From the NCBI GenBank assembly GCA_964252035.1, contig CAXUOO010000164.1: DNA of 64,000 nucleotides. One strand, 5' to 3'. The stretch comes from Podarcis erhardii. Taxonomy: Eukaryota. Positions 1 to 14,924 of this stretch are shown here, piece by piece; position 1 is the stretch's first letter, and each line of letters starts with the position of its first letter. The notes beneath the pieces were generated by a model. The model saw only the letters and a program-made list of their open reading frames with translations. It had not been told where the DNA came from and searched no databases. The translations under genes and the position numbers were made by a program.

Positions 1-1906
1 CTGTGATGCTGCCGCTCCCGCAACTCTGTCTGCTGCGTCCGCGACTCGGCCGTGGGCTGCTGCTGCTGTGCGTCCGCCTTCTGCTGATGCTGCGCCTCGG
101 CTTCCTGCTTCTGCCGCTCCTGCGCTTCCACGTGCTGCTGCTGCTGCTGCAAAACCAACCTCTGCTGCAGCTGCTGCGTTTCCCGCTTTTGGTGTTTCTG
201 CTCGTTTGCAGCTGATTTCACCGATTGCACAGTTGCCTCGATTGCGGACTCTGTTGCTGCAATCACTTCATCTTCGGATGTGGAGGAGCCATCAGCAGAT
301 GAGCGACGGCCCCAGCAACTTCCAAAACTGCCCCTTCTCAATCTTATCAGTCGACGCGAACCTTCAGTCAGGGAAGACCGCCTCCGGCGTCCCTTGCTGC
401 CGCCTCTGTCAACGCCAACTGCTGTCAGCGCAGCAACAGCGGAGACAGGCCCAGCAGCAAACCGCACTGAGGCTACTGAAGTTTCACTAGCTGCTGCTGG
501 CGTATCACAGCAGTTGCCGCCCGCTCTGCTGCGTCGCATGCAAGAAAGGGATGATATGCGTAGACGCGGCCTTGGCGGTCTTTCGAAAGAAGATCCTGAG
601 AGCCTTACGCCGCAGTGCTGGTCCTGTTGCTGGACAGAGGCAGCTGCAGCGGAGCGAGGTGACGCTGCGCTGGTACTGAAGGACATCCAGGAAGCTGAGG
701 ATAACGGCAATCTCCAACAGAAAATCCCACTGAAACGTCTGCGGTCATTCGGTGACGGTTGGTGGTGGTGGTCTCGTCGAGTCGGTGATGATCCGTCCTC
801 GACAGAGACGGCTGCATCACCGTTTCGCTCTATAAATGCGGCGTTCCGCTGCTGCTCATTCCCCGCAACCCACTCGGAAGGACCCGCTGTCATTGCGCTC
901 TCTCCTTCTCCGCTACATGCTGCTCCAGTTGCTCTTGCTGCAGACATGCGACAGAGGTAGAAGTCGCCAGCTTGAGGATGCGTGTTCCTGCATGAAGACG
1001 GTTGACGCTGCGGAGCAGGAGGAGGCAGTTGTTGTTCACAGTTTATATGCGTCCGGCTGGCGTCTGATCTGCCGCTACTGCTGCTTATTTGTCTTTTGCA
1101 AACGTGTCTGATAGCGCTCGCGCTGCTGCCTAGCCAATGCAGTCGACTTCTGCCTCTTAGGTGTTGCTGTCTCATTTGACGCAGCTGCGTGGCGGCTTGA
1201 GTCAATTGGTTGCTACTGCCACCAATGCTGCTACTGCGCGCAGGTTTTCCCTCACAGCCCGTAGAAGGGGTTGCTGTCCCTACGCTATTGCTGTCAGTCT
1301 TTTCTCTCAACACCTTGGTGCATTTTATTGCGCGAATATACTGAGAGTCGCTGCTCAATCTTCTGGAGAGATCGCGCTGCAGAACTTGCCCCTGCTGGTG
1401 TTCATGTTGCTTTGTTTGCTTCTGCTCCTGTTGCTTCAGCTGCATAGCAGCAGACGAGGCAGCCACGCGCTGCATTAAGGACGGAGAAAGTGCAGAAGCT
1501 ACGAGATAGCGCTGGTGCTGTTGCTGCAGGCGAGCTGCAACAGCAGCCCGAGCAGTACTAGAATTCGTTGAACGACATTGGAGGATGGCAGGTGTCTGGC
1601 TGCTTGTGGCAGTGGAGGAGCTCGTTGTGGCGGCACATGCAGCAGCATGGTTACATGTGCTTGCATCTTTTGTATAGCTTGTTGCAGTGTTTTGGGGGTT
1701 TGAAGCAGCAGCTGATGAAAAAGCCGGCCGTACACAATGTTGCTGCTCTTGCTGCAAGCCTGTACATGCTGCAACAACACAAACGTTTTGTACAAGGAAA
1801 ATATGTTTGACAGTGCGCTGGCACATCAAGGGCATGACCAGCCACAATATCTCACGAGCAACGCCGTTGCTATACCATCTAGAATCAACGAAACGTCTAT
1901 GCTTAT
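1..1906 (-). CDS. Exon of a low-complexity hypothetical protein (Q/A/S-rich) running off the left window edge
   Basis: Manual translation gives one minus frame with no stop from about 1928 to position 1 (..DKHRRFVDSRWYSNG..ANEQKHQKRETQQLQQRLVLQQQQQH..). It is missing from the ORF track because no stop lies in the window. Candidate acceptor cttcAG at 1907-1909 is phase-compatible with the donor at 2016-2017. Confidence 0.6.
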
Positions 1907-2017
1907 CTGAAGCATCGTTTCTTTCTGTTCAATTCACTGCCCTCAGTAGGTCGATGCATTGCTGCAGGAATGGCTAGAGGCAAATTTTCCAAAACACACA
2001 AATCAGCTGCTGCTTAC

Positions 2018-3395
2018 CAATTGTTGTCTTCTCTAACTTTGGGCCGTGCAATGGCGAGTGTTGCTGCGCGTCCTTTCTTGATCCGTCAGTTGCCGCGCAC
2101 GCTTCAGCAGCTGCCCCATCTGCCTTCCTTATCTCCAGCTTTTTTGCAGCTCGTCCTGTTGTTATGGTTGTTGCTGCTGCAACTGGCGCTACCCCCGATG
2201 CTGCTACAACAACACCACTACTACGTCTGACAGAAAAACGTTCGGGGTTTGACTGTTCACTTCTCGCACTGGTGCTAGTTGAGTTTAGACACGGCGGGAA
2301 CTGAGTAGTAGCTGCGGTGGCTACTAATGCACCGGCTACTGCGCTTGCTTGCTCTGCATCCTGTCTGTGCCGCTGCAGCTCAGTCGGCTCAGCAACGCTT
2401 TCTATATTTTCAGGATGCTGCTGGCGCTGCCGTTCCTCACTAGTTTGCTGCTCGAGCTGCTGCTGCTCTACTTGATTATCGGGTGGCTGCAGCTGTTGTG
2501 TCTCGCACAGTCGCTGGCCAGTGCTTACGCAAGGAGGAGATACAACCCCTCCACATTGGCGTGGTGGGCAATTCATGCTGTGCCACACTTTGCTAGTGCC
2601 GCTAACGCTGTTTGCCTCTACACTTCCTTCTCTGCTGGTGCTGCTACTCCTGCTGATCCTGCTGCTGATACTGCCCTTCCTCCACGGCAGCAGACGCTTG
2701 CCATTACGATGGCGTGGAGCAGCAGTGCTTCTATTTCTGTGTGAACGCAGCGCACGACGTAGCACCAGCGTCGTGTGCGGGTCTCGACCTTCATTGCAAT
2801 TGCTGCTCAAGCTACTGTCTCTCGCATTCCGCCTTGCTACTCTGCCCAGTCGCTCCTGCTGCTGCAGAGGCTGCCGTGGCTGCTGGGCTTGCAGTGGTGG
2901 CAGCCCCCGGCTTCTACCCCTGCTGTTCTTCTGCTGCTGTTCGCGTGCTCCTCGTATGCCCTTTGCAGGCCCCACACGCCTTCGCTTTTCTTTGAGAAAG
3001 TGCATAGTTTCGGAGAGAGACGCAGAACTGGAAGGACTACAACTTTCAGGCAGTGCACATTCTTCCTCGTTCCCCCCTTGATCTGCTGCTATTGCTGCTT
3101 GTGTCCGTTTCAGGAGCAGCGCAGCACTTGCTGGGTCCATCCGACTCTCCTTCGCTAGCTTGTTACTTCTCCCTCGGTTTTCCTGACGTGTGCTCAAGGC
3201 GCACACCCGCTTTTTTGCAGCGCAAACTTGTCTTAGCAAATCCCCTGCTGCTGTTCCTGCTGTTGCTAAATTGCTCGGTGCTGGAACTGCTACAAGATCT
3301 GCTTCGACAGCAGCTGTTGCTGCTGCTGCGGGGCGTGCGAGGGAAGAATGACATCTGCGTCTCAGCGGTGCTGTAGCACGGTGGAGAGTATTCAT
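2018..3395 (-). CDS. Low-complexity hypothetical protein exon; either the first exon from ATG 3395 or a continuation of the kinase gene
   Basis: Part of track ORF 1974..3794 (606 aa) with poly-A/Q/S in the frame typical of real exons. It ends at the donor ATT G|GTAAGC (GT at 2016-2017). A putative 111-nt intron (1907-2017) joins it to the left-edge exon. Confidence 0.55.
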
Positions 3396-3574
3396 TTTTT
3401 TTCTGCTGCAGTTGCTTGAGGATAGCGAAATTCTCGATGTGGCCACCTGTTGCTGGCTTTGTGCCGTTGCTGCTGAAGTTGCTGGAGCGGTTGTTGATGC
3501 TGCAGCAGCATCAGCATATCTACCTGTGTACGTCGCAAGGCAACGTCTAGGAGGCAAAGGAGCAGAGGAGCCTC

Positions 3575-6500
3575 CTAAAGCAGAAGCAGAAACGGCAGAT
3601 GGAGGCAGCAGTAGTAGGTCTGACAGCACAGCAGCATCATCGGCAAGAGCGCGAAGTCCTTTTCCGCCGACAATGACGCCACATTCCTCGCCGCGGAATA
3701 CTCTAGCAGCAGCTGCAGCGGTTCTGGTTCCTGGCAGTATTCTAACGCTTCCGGACTTATACTGGAGTCCAGTATGGAATGCGTCTCGGTGCAACAGCGG
3801 TCTGATTCCCCTTTTGGTGCTGCTGGCTGTACTTCGAGAGTTGTTCGGGCTGCAGCTTGAATTTCGAAGCGGGGAGCAGCATTGCAGCTGTCAGTTTCAC
3901 TCCTTGAAAAACCGCACTCCTTAAGCAGTGTAGCATCCGCACTTTTTGCCGAGTACTTTGGTGCCGCCGCGGCTGCAGCAGACGAATTCGCGACAGCAGC
4001 TGTTGTCCGTGCTTTATCTATGTCTCTCGAATAAGCATCTGCAACAGATCCTGGCGACTTACACCTTCGTTCTGTTGCCACACTAAAAGCATCGTCTGCT
4101 CTAGTTTCGCCATACGAGTGAGTGCACTCTTCGTTGGAAGGACAGCAACGCTGGTGCGCTGAACTCTGTTTCTTCTGCAACTGTTGCTGCTGGGGCGGTT
4201 GGTGTATATGCTGCTGCTGCTGTGGCGGTTGGTGTATCTGCTGCTGCTGTTCAGTGCAGGCCCCAGATCGAGCGAAGTGCTGATAATCGACCAATTGTGT
4301 TATGCTCCGACGTGCAGTGGTGCTGCCGCTCAGCGAAGCTACACCGTTTTCGAAGTATAGCGAAACCTCTGCTGCTGTCGTTACACCTACCTGCTGTTGC
4401 TGTAACAGAGGTCTCAGATTCTGACAAACACTTGTGACCATCCCCGACGAATTTGTTTCTTCTGCAGCACATGCTGCTTTTGCCTGCTGCACAGTCTGTG
4501 AGGGTTGGAGCTGCCTTTGTTGCTGCTGCAGCGAGAGCGGAGCTGCTGCTGCGCTGATGCGGCAAAGGGATGCACCGGCCACATGGACAGACGTAGTGAC
4601 CACATTGGCAGGTCCCTCCAGCCGATGAGAAGGACTGGAAGTAGTATAGTAGCGTTTTTCAGAATCATCTCGGTCTCCCTTCACACTCACACACTTTCCC
4701 ATCGTATTAACTGAATCGGCCACGGAAGAGTTGCAACACCCGTGTTTCTTCTCCCGCAGTAGCTGTTCCTGAGACTTCCGTCCTGCACGCAATTTACCAT
4801 CCAGCTGCTGCTGTTGGTGCTCAGTTGTAGCGGCGGCTAAATCGTTGTGCGTTAGAGGTTCTTTATCTGAGATGTATGATTCTCTACCTGCATTTGCAGT
4901 CGTTGTTGGAGATATGGCTGTTGTAGCCCTCACATGGTTTTTTGATGTCGAAGGGTTACTGGAACGGCTGCTCGCGGAAATGAAAGGCCTGGATCCGGAG
5001 TTCCGATCAAGATGATTATATTTGCTTCCCTTCTTTTTCACCCACCTGGATGAAATGCGTTTAGTGCCTCTTGTATGTTTACTCTCGAACGAGGAAGAAG
5101 AGGAAATCGGAGGATAGACAGTATCGCTGCTGCCGCTGCTGCTGCTGCCGCTGCTGCTGCTACCGCTGCTGCTACAGCTGCCGTCACTTTTCAGCTTGTT
5201 AGACGGATGTGCAGGTGGTTCTGCAGAGCTGGAATTTGATGTAGTGGCGTCTGTATGAGGCGACGTCTGGACAATAGCAGCTGCAGCAGCAAGATTTGCT
5301 GACACAGCAGTAGCAGCACCTGCGACACTTGGAGCGTCATATTGATTCACCTCCGGTATTTCTGAAATACCCCCATTCTTAGAAATAGTGGCAGCTGACT
5401 TCTGAATCAACGAAACAGTGTGGAGGCTACTAATGTAACTGTCCTTATCAAGTTGCGTGTCTTTAGCTGTTGAATGTTCAGATGGAGGCGATTGCACCAG
5501 GCTTTTTGTGCCATGTACCAACTTCTCCTCATGCTCCTGCTGCTGATGCGTTGAACTCTGCACATGCTGCGACAACTGCTGTACCGCGTGATGCTGCTGC
5601 TGTTTTTCCAAGTGATACGGTTGCTGTTGTGCCAAGCGCTGCTGCTGGTGTTGTGGCGCCAGCACACGCTGTTGTTGCGTTCCAGTAAAAGGGCTGCGAC
5701 GTTGGTAACGCAGCGCTTCTCCAAGCAGCGGGCATCCCGTCGAGCTATAATCTGCAGGGGTCTCAGAAACAGCATCCGTGCGGGAGAATTTAACGTCAGA
5801 AAGACGAGGGGATTCGAAATATGCATCTCTGGTGCTATTGTTCTTCTTCGCGGCAGTAGAAGACGTCTGCTTCGCCAACGATTTTGAAGATGCTACTGAA
5901 GACTCTGCTGCCACAAGTGCTGCCGTTGCAGCGGTGTTGCCAACTGCTTCTGACTGCCCAGTATTCACGACATTTCCTGGATATAGTGCCACGATGCCAG
6001 ACGTTGGTGCTCCTTCTTCCAATCCTGTTGGGGCTGACCCGCTGCTTTTCCCGCCATTAGCGGGACCTTTGCAATGCTGTAGCGGGGGCAGCTGCTCGAT
6101 TTGTTGGTTCTGCTGAGGCTTGTCAAACTGGGGGGAGCTTGACGCCGAAATAGACTCCAGAAATGCCGGGTTTTGTAAAATTGAGGCCCCGTCTGCTTCT
6201 GCCGCCGTTGCAGTTGCTGCTGAAGCCAAAGTGGCGAGAGGGGGTGAAGCAGCATCATCATCCAATACAGCAGAAGATTTATCCGCTGACGTTGCTCTGC
6301 TCTTACTGGTTCGCTGATAAAGGTGGCCTCGAGAGAAAGCTGCATTTGTTGCATGACACGCAGCATGAGGGACGCACCCACTCGGACCTATCCCTCGCCG
6401 ACGTATCCTGCTGCTGTTGTCTGCTGTTAATGCTACTACGGCTGATGTCCCTGGTGCTCCGTAACGTAGTTCATCGGTATTGCCCTCGTCAGAAGGCTGT

Positions 6501-9500
6501 GTGATTTGGTGCGACTGTTGCTGTTGTTGCTTCTGTTGCTCAAGGAGGTTCTCTTGAGATTGCTGCAATTGCCGCTGATTTCGAGTGTCTATAGGCAGAG
6601 GAGGGAAGCTGAGAACAGGAGACACTCCCGCGCTAGTAGCAGTAGTAATTTTTCCTTGCTTATCAACTTGATGCGGTGTCATTACTTGTTGCTCCTGCTT
6701 TTGCTGGTTGCTATCGTCATTCTTCGTTGCGGTAGTAGAGCCACCTGCAGGTAGCTGCTGCCGCAGCTGACCAGAGCGCGAAATAAAGGTTGAATTTCTT
6801 CCACTTATAGGAGGTTTGATCTTGTAAAACCACGGATGTGTGAGAGCTTGAACGGCAGCACACCTTTTTTCAGGTAGTTTGCTGCACATCCAAGAGATCA
6901 GATCTTTCACCGAGTGAGTAGTTGTTGACCACTGCCGCGCATTTGTAAAGTTCAGCTGACACCTGAAATAGCCAAAAACGAGAGAAACAGTGCATGCTGT
7001 AGCCACACCGGAATAGCACAACCGCAGCCACGGCAGCGCCAGCAGGTGCAACGGCAGCATCATCAGTGGCGCAGGCAACAGAAGCACCGGCAGTCGCATC
7101 AGAGGTAGCAAGGGCACCACAGAAAATATCAGTAGTGGCAGCTGCACAACAGCTGTAGTCAGGAGGCCGTAGGCTACGAGGGACACTTTGCGTCAGGGGG
7201 AGCGCGTTCGAATACACTTCGATAAGACGGTAGCATAAAAGTGCACTCCGAGACAGCTTGTACATTAGCACGAGCTACAAAGAGGTGAAATTGGATCAAA
7301 GCAACATCGTAATCGATCCTGCAGTAACAGCGACCTGCTAATAGGAAGAGCCCGACACGAATAGCAGCCAAAAAGAGGAACCACTGTAGTATACTAGTAT
7401 TATCAAACGTGTACGATTTGCACTGAAAACTACAAGATTGATCATTACAAGACCTGTATTCTCTGTGACGAGAAAGCAACCGCTGCATTGCGAATTGCTT
7501 TTTTAAGGACCGCCGCAGCAGCGGCAGCGCTTCACCAGCCATGGCACACTCTTAATAGCGGCGAAATTAGCAAAAGGATGCGAAACTGACGCTCTGTAAT
7601 GCCGGAACTATCTACAACCACAATGTTTGCGCTGTCGAGTTGCTTTTACAGTCTACCAAGACCTTCGGAAGCAGGAGAAGTGAAATCTATATATATATCT
7701 TTAGTTGTACGTGTATGGGTGCGTATGCGAAGTTTAATAAGCTGTGAGTGCTGCTACGGAGTCATAAAAAGAAATCTGAGATAAAATGTTACCGCAGGTT
7801 TTTTCGGAGTATTTCCTTAACAGTCGATCCACGGAAAGGCGTAAAGCCTGCCAAGAGCGTATATAGAATGATGCCTGCACTGAAAATATCCACTTTTGTT
7901 CCGTAGGGCTGATCGAGCAGGATTTCTGGCGCTGAGGTCAATGCAAGACGAGGAAATGAAAAACGCATCACTGTTGCTGCCCACGCAGGCAGTTGCAAGA
8001 TGAGAGTGTGTGTCTATGTGAGCGCCTGTGTTTGCTCGCGTAGACGCAGCCATGGAATGCATATACGCAACAGCTTACCTATGCACATACAAAAGTACAC
8101 AGGGGATTACTGATATGTGCTTGTGCACATAAAGGCATTGACAGTGAGAAGCTCGCCCTGCAGAATCTGTGCTCATGGATTTGTTCACATAACATACAGG
8201 TATGTCTATATATATACAAGTAACGTATGTATACATATATATATATATATATATACACGTATGTATTCACACAGATATAACCTGATATGTACATCATGTA
8301 CACATAATTGCAGACCCCAAAACACATCTATATGTATATGTGTAAATCCATATATATATATATATATATATACATATTTATAGATACGGATTTAGATAAT
8401 TTGCTCATATACATGTAATATCAAGATCATGAATTTGCATACAGTCGCGTAGACAAAAGCCCCCCTCTTGTCAGCTGCACCTCTCACACAGATATGCATA
8501 CGTGTAGGGAATGTATACGTACGGATGTGCGAAGCCGGAAACAATGCCTTAGGCTCACCAACATATCCGGGAGACCCACAACGCATGCGCATCGTCGGAC
8601 TATTTAATGTTGAAGCAAGGCCGAAATCTATCAGTTTCAGAGAGCTGGGATTGCCGGGATGTTCTAGAATAAGGTTTTCAGTCTGTAAGCAGTAGTGCGT
8701 ATGACAACAGCAACAGCTCCTCAAGCAGCGATAGAAAAAGAAAAATACAACTGCAACATGGAAGAGCACCAGCAGCGACATATACAAGGCTACAGCTGAA
8801 ACAAACCAACAGAATGGGCAACAATTTAACATGGCTGAAGCAATACCACTGTATGAAGGACAGGTAAAAGGGACGCATCAAGATAGCTGAATTAAGCGCA
8901 CCAGCAAATGAAGCAGCAACAGCAGTGATAACCATATGACAAAAAGCAGCGGTTATAGTGATAACTTAAGCCGAGGCGACAAATAGCAGACTGAGCAGCA
9001 CAAGCGACTGTAGTAACAAGAACCTTTACAGCATCTGAGAAAGCTACCCCGGCAAAAGCAATTAATGCATCAAGAAACTGACTCAGAGACAAAATTCTTC
9101 ATACATATAAGATGATCACAATCAAGGTAGTTCGTTCCAGTTTTTCAAACAGACGTTGAAAGCTAGTATACAATGTCATCAAATCAAACTACATAGTTCG
9201 CGGTTTGTTCACCAGATGTATAGACTCACGGCAACTGCTTGAGTGCATAGAGCATGCGATATATGAATGCATGTGACTCGACAATGTGTATATATTTGGG
9301 ATTGACACAAAAAAGCTGGTTTTAGACAGGCAGAATCAAGACATTATTTGATCCATGTGTAAGTAGCAGTTCTTCCTCTTTATGAAAAAGCAAGCGAAAA
9401 TGCTGTATCTATGTGAGAGTGAATACACAAGCAAGGATTTCTAGATGTGTCAATGCGCTTCATATATTTACATATATACCTACAAATAAATTTTTACAAC

Positions 9501-11547
9501 CGTTATCATCAAATGTAATTTCTAACACATCATAAAACTGGGCCACACTCGTTTTTGATGCTCCAGCCACTGTTACCTCCGCGACATGTCACTGTGTCAT
9601 AAAAATGTGAATATTGACAAAAACAGGCAGATCCACAATCAATGCGCTGCACTCGGTTGACTTTTTCCTTCGACCGTATACATATTTATATATATATGTA
9701 CCTATGTATGTTACGTGTGTTGAGGATTTCTACTAGGTATAGAACTTCGCTAGTAGTAGTCAGTAGCATTGAGTGTTTTACATGTATGTGCAGAATAATG
9801 TAGCTCCATCCGACTTTCCTCGAATTTACGAGTATAACGCTTTGTACACTCAAACACAAAAGAAGCTACTTTTGCAGAACATTTTCAAATTTGCTTTACT
9901 CTGAAGCGGTTGGACAGTCACCCATAATATTGACAGGTAATGAATTATTTCTCTAAAAGACTGTGCTCCCATTTAGAGCGAAAAATTATTGCTTTAGCCA
10001 GCTATCTCAAACTGGAAGCATATCAAATTGGATAGAATCTATCTTCTCGCCCGTGACATACAAGCAGTAGCGTAAACATATTTATCTACAATCATGCGTA
10101 TTTAAGATTGTATACGTTATTCAATCTGCGTTTGAAGAAAGGGACACACACACTAGAGCTGTCGTTTTATGTCTACAGAAGACGCCAAGCGAGCTTAAAT
10201 AAATATATATATATATATATATACAACGTATACCGAGAAATTTATATACATTGCAGTCAATATGAAGCTGAAGCGTTTTACTTACACCTGCATATTGAAA
10301 CTCCTTACCTTGATATCTCTATGAACAATACTTTTGCTGTGAAGACACTGTAGGGCCAGTAACAGCCTGCGCATAGCGAATCTTGCCTGATCTTCGGTCA
10401 GGGATCCACTCTCATTCAAATAATCAAATAATTCACCACCGCGCAAATATTCCAACACTAGACAGACATATTCCTCTGTACGAACAACAGCAGCAGCAGA
10501 AGACATTCAACCAGCGCAACAGCACTTCTTATAATAGCAGCACAGCGACTAATATCTAACAGCAACACAGCGACAAATATTTATCAGCAGAAGCAATTGC
10601 TGCAGGTGTTGGATGATACCACACACCACAACAGCAGGCCTTACATCGACTGCACGGCAGCGAGTACACCAGCAGCAGGGAACAGATATAAACAATTGTC
10701 ACATTTGGAGAAGCAGCGAAGCAACAGAGTCAACCAGAAGAATCTGCGATAGTACATCCCCGGCAAAGTGGTTCCAAGATTTAGTCAGCAGCATCAGAGA
10801 TGCGAGACCATCTATACCCATTATACCACCTGCGCGAGGCGCGAGGAGCCATTCAGCACCAGCAGCGGTGCGAAAACATTTACAGTAGAAGAGCAGAAGC
10901 CGTTGCATCAGCAAGGAAATCAATAGTGGTTACGTCAGGAGATGCAGTTTAGAAGGAGCACCACAACATCCGCATTAACTGACGCATCAGCGACATGTCA
11001 GCAGCTTCAAATGGCAGCAGATATTTACATCTGCCGCAGCACCTGAAGTTGCAGCGGCATCAGACTTACTATAAAAAACAGTGCCGCAATTCGACAACAG
11101 ACAATGCACAACCAGCAGCAACGAGGATGCCCTAACAAAGACTTTGACGAGGTTCACAATAAAAGGAGGTATCGACGCCGACACGGCCTCCGTATAGAAC
11201 CATATACGCACTGCAGTCCCGTGTATACACACACAAATATGTATGTATACGTACATTTGTATGATTATGTGCGGTAGTATGGTCAAGGCCGTGTATACAA
11301 TGTATGTGTGTGCAGCTGTTAAAGGATACAAAAAAAGCCACTTTCCCGCGCTCTTAGGAAGACGGGAATTAGGAAGTAGAAAATGAAACACTGCTTCAAC
11401 TGGATAAAGCGCTAAAAACGCAGCATAAGAGGACATATATACATGTACGCTCAGCCATATACATGGTGTATACACACATACGGATCTATACACATACATG
11501 TATGCAGTTATTATCCACTACACCAACGGATATACACATATATGTAC

Positions 11548-11609
<62 letters not shown>

Positions 11610-12407
11610 TATATATATATATGTATATATACGATAACTGTTTCACATACTAATCAAGCCATTAATATCTTTCTGTCAGCCTATACACATATATGGAAGA
11701 CAGAAAAGAAAGCGGCGTATTCTGCAGCAGCTGTGCAGAATAAAAATCAAAGATTTCACCTACCCAAATGAACTTCCTTACCCTGCTCATAAGCGGCGTA
11801 AAGGCGAATGATATAAGGATGAAGTACACGGCGAAGCACCTCTATTTCAGTGTATACGTTGCTCTCCATAACTTTTTTTTTGTTCACTGCTTTGACTACA
11901 ACTTTCTCCCCTGACCAGAAGATTAAAATTAATGCAGAGCAGTCAAGCAGAAAAACTAGTCTTTAAAATTAATAGAGTAAGTAATATTGAGTAAATCGAT
12001 ACATAATACATAAGTATATATATTGAACAGTATATAAATCAATATATGATTTCTTACATATATAAACAAATAGTAGATACTCGGTAAACTTCGGTGAATC
12101 ACTTCTAGTCCATATAGTTACATGTACTTTCATGAAATGATATAGTATGTCTCATCTTAACATACACGTGTATAAGCAAAGATCAAAAAGGACATCGGTA
12201 TGAACGAGTATGTAGCCGTTATCTTCTATACAACTGCATATAAAAGAACAAACTCCATAACCGAAGGGCACAATCACAAAGCTTCAACATTCGTTATACC
12301 ACTCACACTGTAGCAGACTCAAAAATGATCCGGTGAGTGCACGAGAATGCCAAATCTCAAGTAAACGGAAGGGTTTGCACATTCACTCTTTAATATATAT
12401 GTGCGCA

Positions 12408-12455
<48 letters not shown>

Positions 12456-13350
12456 AAAGCATCACGAATTCCTCGAGGCGTCTAAGATATGCCTTACAGT
12501 CACCTGCACTGTTGAGCATTTGGATCTGATAGCTTCCTACCTATGTAAAAGTCACGCTTTTGTTCGGCACATGCCGAAAGTGCGTCGCCGAATTTACAGT
12601 GTGTGACAAATTTGGTACAATGAATTTTTTTTCACATATATATAGTATTTATATACGTCATACTGTTGATACATACGCATTCAGAACTTTGAAGTGTGGT
12701 TTCTATGGTGTGCGTATGCATTCTTGTACATTTGTATATATACACTCCCATATCTACCACATTATACATGTGGATACATGCAGCTACACATATATATATT
12801 TATAGTGTGTCCCAAGTCGCGGACAAAGAAAAGGTCTCGTAGCGCCTGAACTAGACATTTTGCAGAGGAGACGGTAGCAAACTGTAAGCGTACCTGTGAA
12901 AAGGTGCAAGCCGATATATACCCGTGCAAAGCTGCCTTCCCCTGAGCAAAGCGCAGAAAGAACAGCAGCAGGATTTGCAACTGAGTTTAGCAGGTGAGCA
13001 ATGCAATTCTGCGTTTTACAGAAAAACATTTCGTTTCACATTCCTGTAGTAATACGGCTCGAAGCCCACGGGTCTTATTGAAGACTATTATATATGTATA
13101 TACATATATATATATATATATGCGTTTAGTATACCCTTTGAACATGATTTTTAGAGTTTGCACTGATAAGTATATGTGTATCCATTTACGTGTAATGCTA
13201 AGTTCTCTACACGTTGTTCCCGTACATATATGTGTAAATGTATAAGTATAAATATGTTTAGAAAACGCAAATGCAAGTTTGAACCACGTACTACCGATTT
13301 TCAGAGTTATAATAGTCAGATGTAAATATATATAGTTATACGCATTTATA

Positions 13351-13393
<43 letters not shown>

Positions 13394-14882
13394 GTAGGTG
13401 CAAGTACTTGTATCTATAATGTCAATCAAACATTCGTTTACCCATATGTATGCATGTGCATGGATCACAATGGCGTATATGTAAGTAAATTAGTAACGAA
13501 TCCAGGCTGCATTACTAAATGTACACATTTACAGAGTTGTGACAGAGTAGGTATTCAAATATATACTAAATAATATTTTAGATTATGCAAGTAATCAAGT
13601 GGGTGGGAGCAACACAAATATACCGAGATTATGAGTATAATCAAATAAACATGCAAGGATGGAAGTGGGTGGGAGCCAAATGACTGCACCGCGCTTATAC
13701 GTAAAAATAAAGGTTTTTTTTAATTAATGTATTTATGTTGATCATACTCAACATTCATACATCTATGAGAGCGTGCACCTGTCTATGCACAGTGCATATT
13801 GAAAAAATGTCTGATTATATACACGCACGCTCAAATAGGCGACAGATTCCGACCACGTATATATATATATATATATATGTGTTTCCAAAGGGGTGGCAAA
13901 TAACACTGTAGCTAACACTAGTATAGGCACGCAAAGGCGAAGTGGATACACTGAAATTCTGCATCTTCGCATGCAACACAGCCTGTGCAGATGTCACTGC
14001 GTCGTGTTTACAGAAACACATAAATATATATATATATACAATTAGATTGCTATTCAAAAAGTTGCCACTAGAAGTACGTATAAAAGGGAAAATAGACTTG
14101 AGCAGGTCCACACACAATCAAATACACGCGTATGTTAGATTTATCTCTTGAAATATACACGTATACTTAGATGTTTGTGCCTTACAATCAAACACACTTT
14201 CACGATCTGTATACACATACATGGATGCTTATGAATGTAGATATCTCTACATGTCCAGACATCCGGATACAATTGTAACTCTTGGTCCAAAACAATATGT
14301 ATAATGATCAGTGAATCACATTATTGGTATCTTACGAAATGCAAAAGACTGGCGGTATGTTGTAGGGTAACCTATGGAAATATGTCAAACGCGTGAAACC
14401 AGTCATACAGATTGGTTAAGAAAACGAGAACCTGTATAAACGTCTACGAGTATATATATACATATATATATATATACATATATGTTTACGAAGAGATGTT
14501 GCGAGAGGATAAATAAGTTGCTATTGCAAACCTACGTAAATGGCAAGAAGCTGCAATACTGTACTAATTTGCTGCTTGGTTGCTTGAAGGCTCCTATCTG
14601 AAGGTCACGTATGCATGCCTTGCTAGATATGCATGCGCATATGTATGAATACGATAACAGCGAAAAACAGAAGTACTCTTCACTCTTGTGCACACCCACT
14701 ATCTACACTTACATGTATTCGGTTGGAAATATCTGAAGAGAATTCCAATTTTGCTGCTGGGTTACCTAATTGATAGAGAGAGTTGTCAAGCAGGCAGTAG
14801 CTGGCCTATTATAGATCATCGAATATAAAGTTGCAGTCACTCCACTCATGATTCGTAAAACCGAAGTATGTATGTATGTATG

Positions 14883-14924
<42 letters not shown>

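Noticed and set aside
280-960. Plus-strand 226-aa ORF
   Set aside because: It lies antisense to a longer uninterrupted minus frame with typical poly-Q composition; GC-rich CAG sequence generates such shadow ORFs.
11130-11200. [11 protein letters not shown] in ORF 10987..11499 as kinase subdomain IV (HPNIV-like)
   Set aside because: The true subdomain II-IV exon is 11782-11910 ([20 protein letters not shown]), which fits splice phases on both sides.
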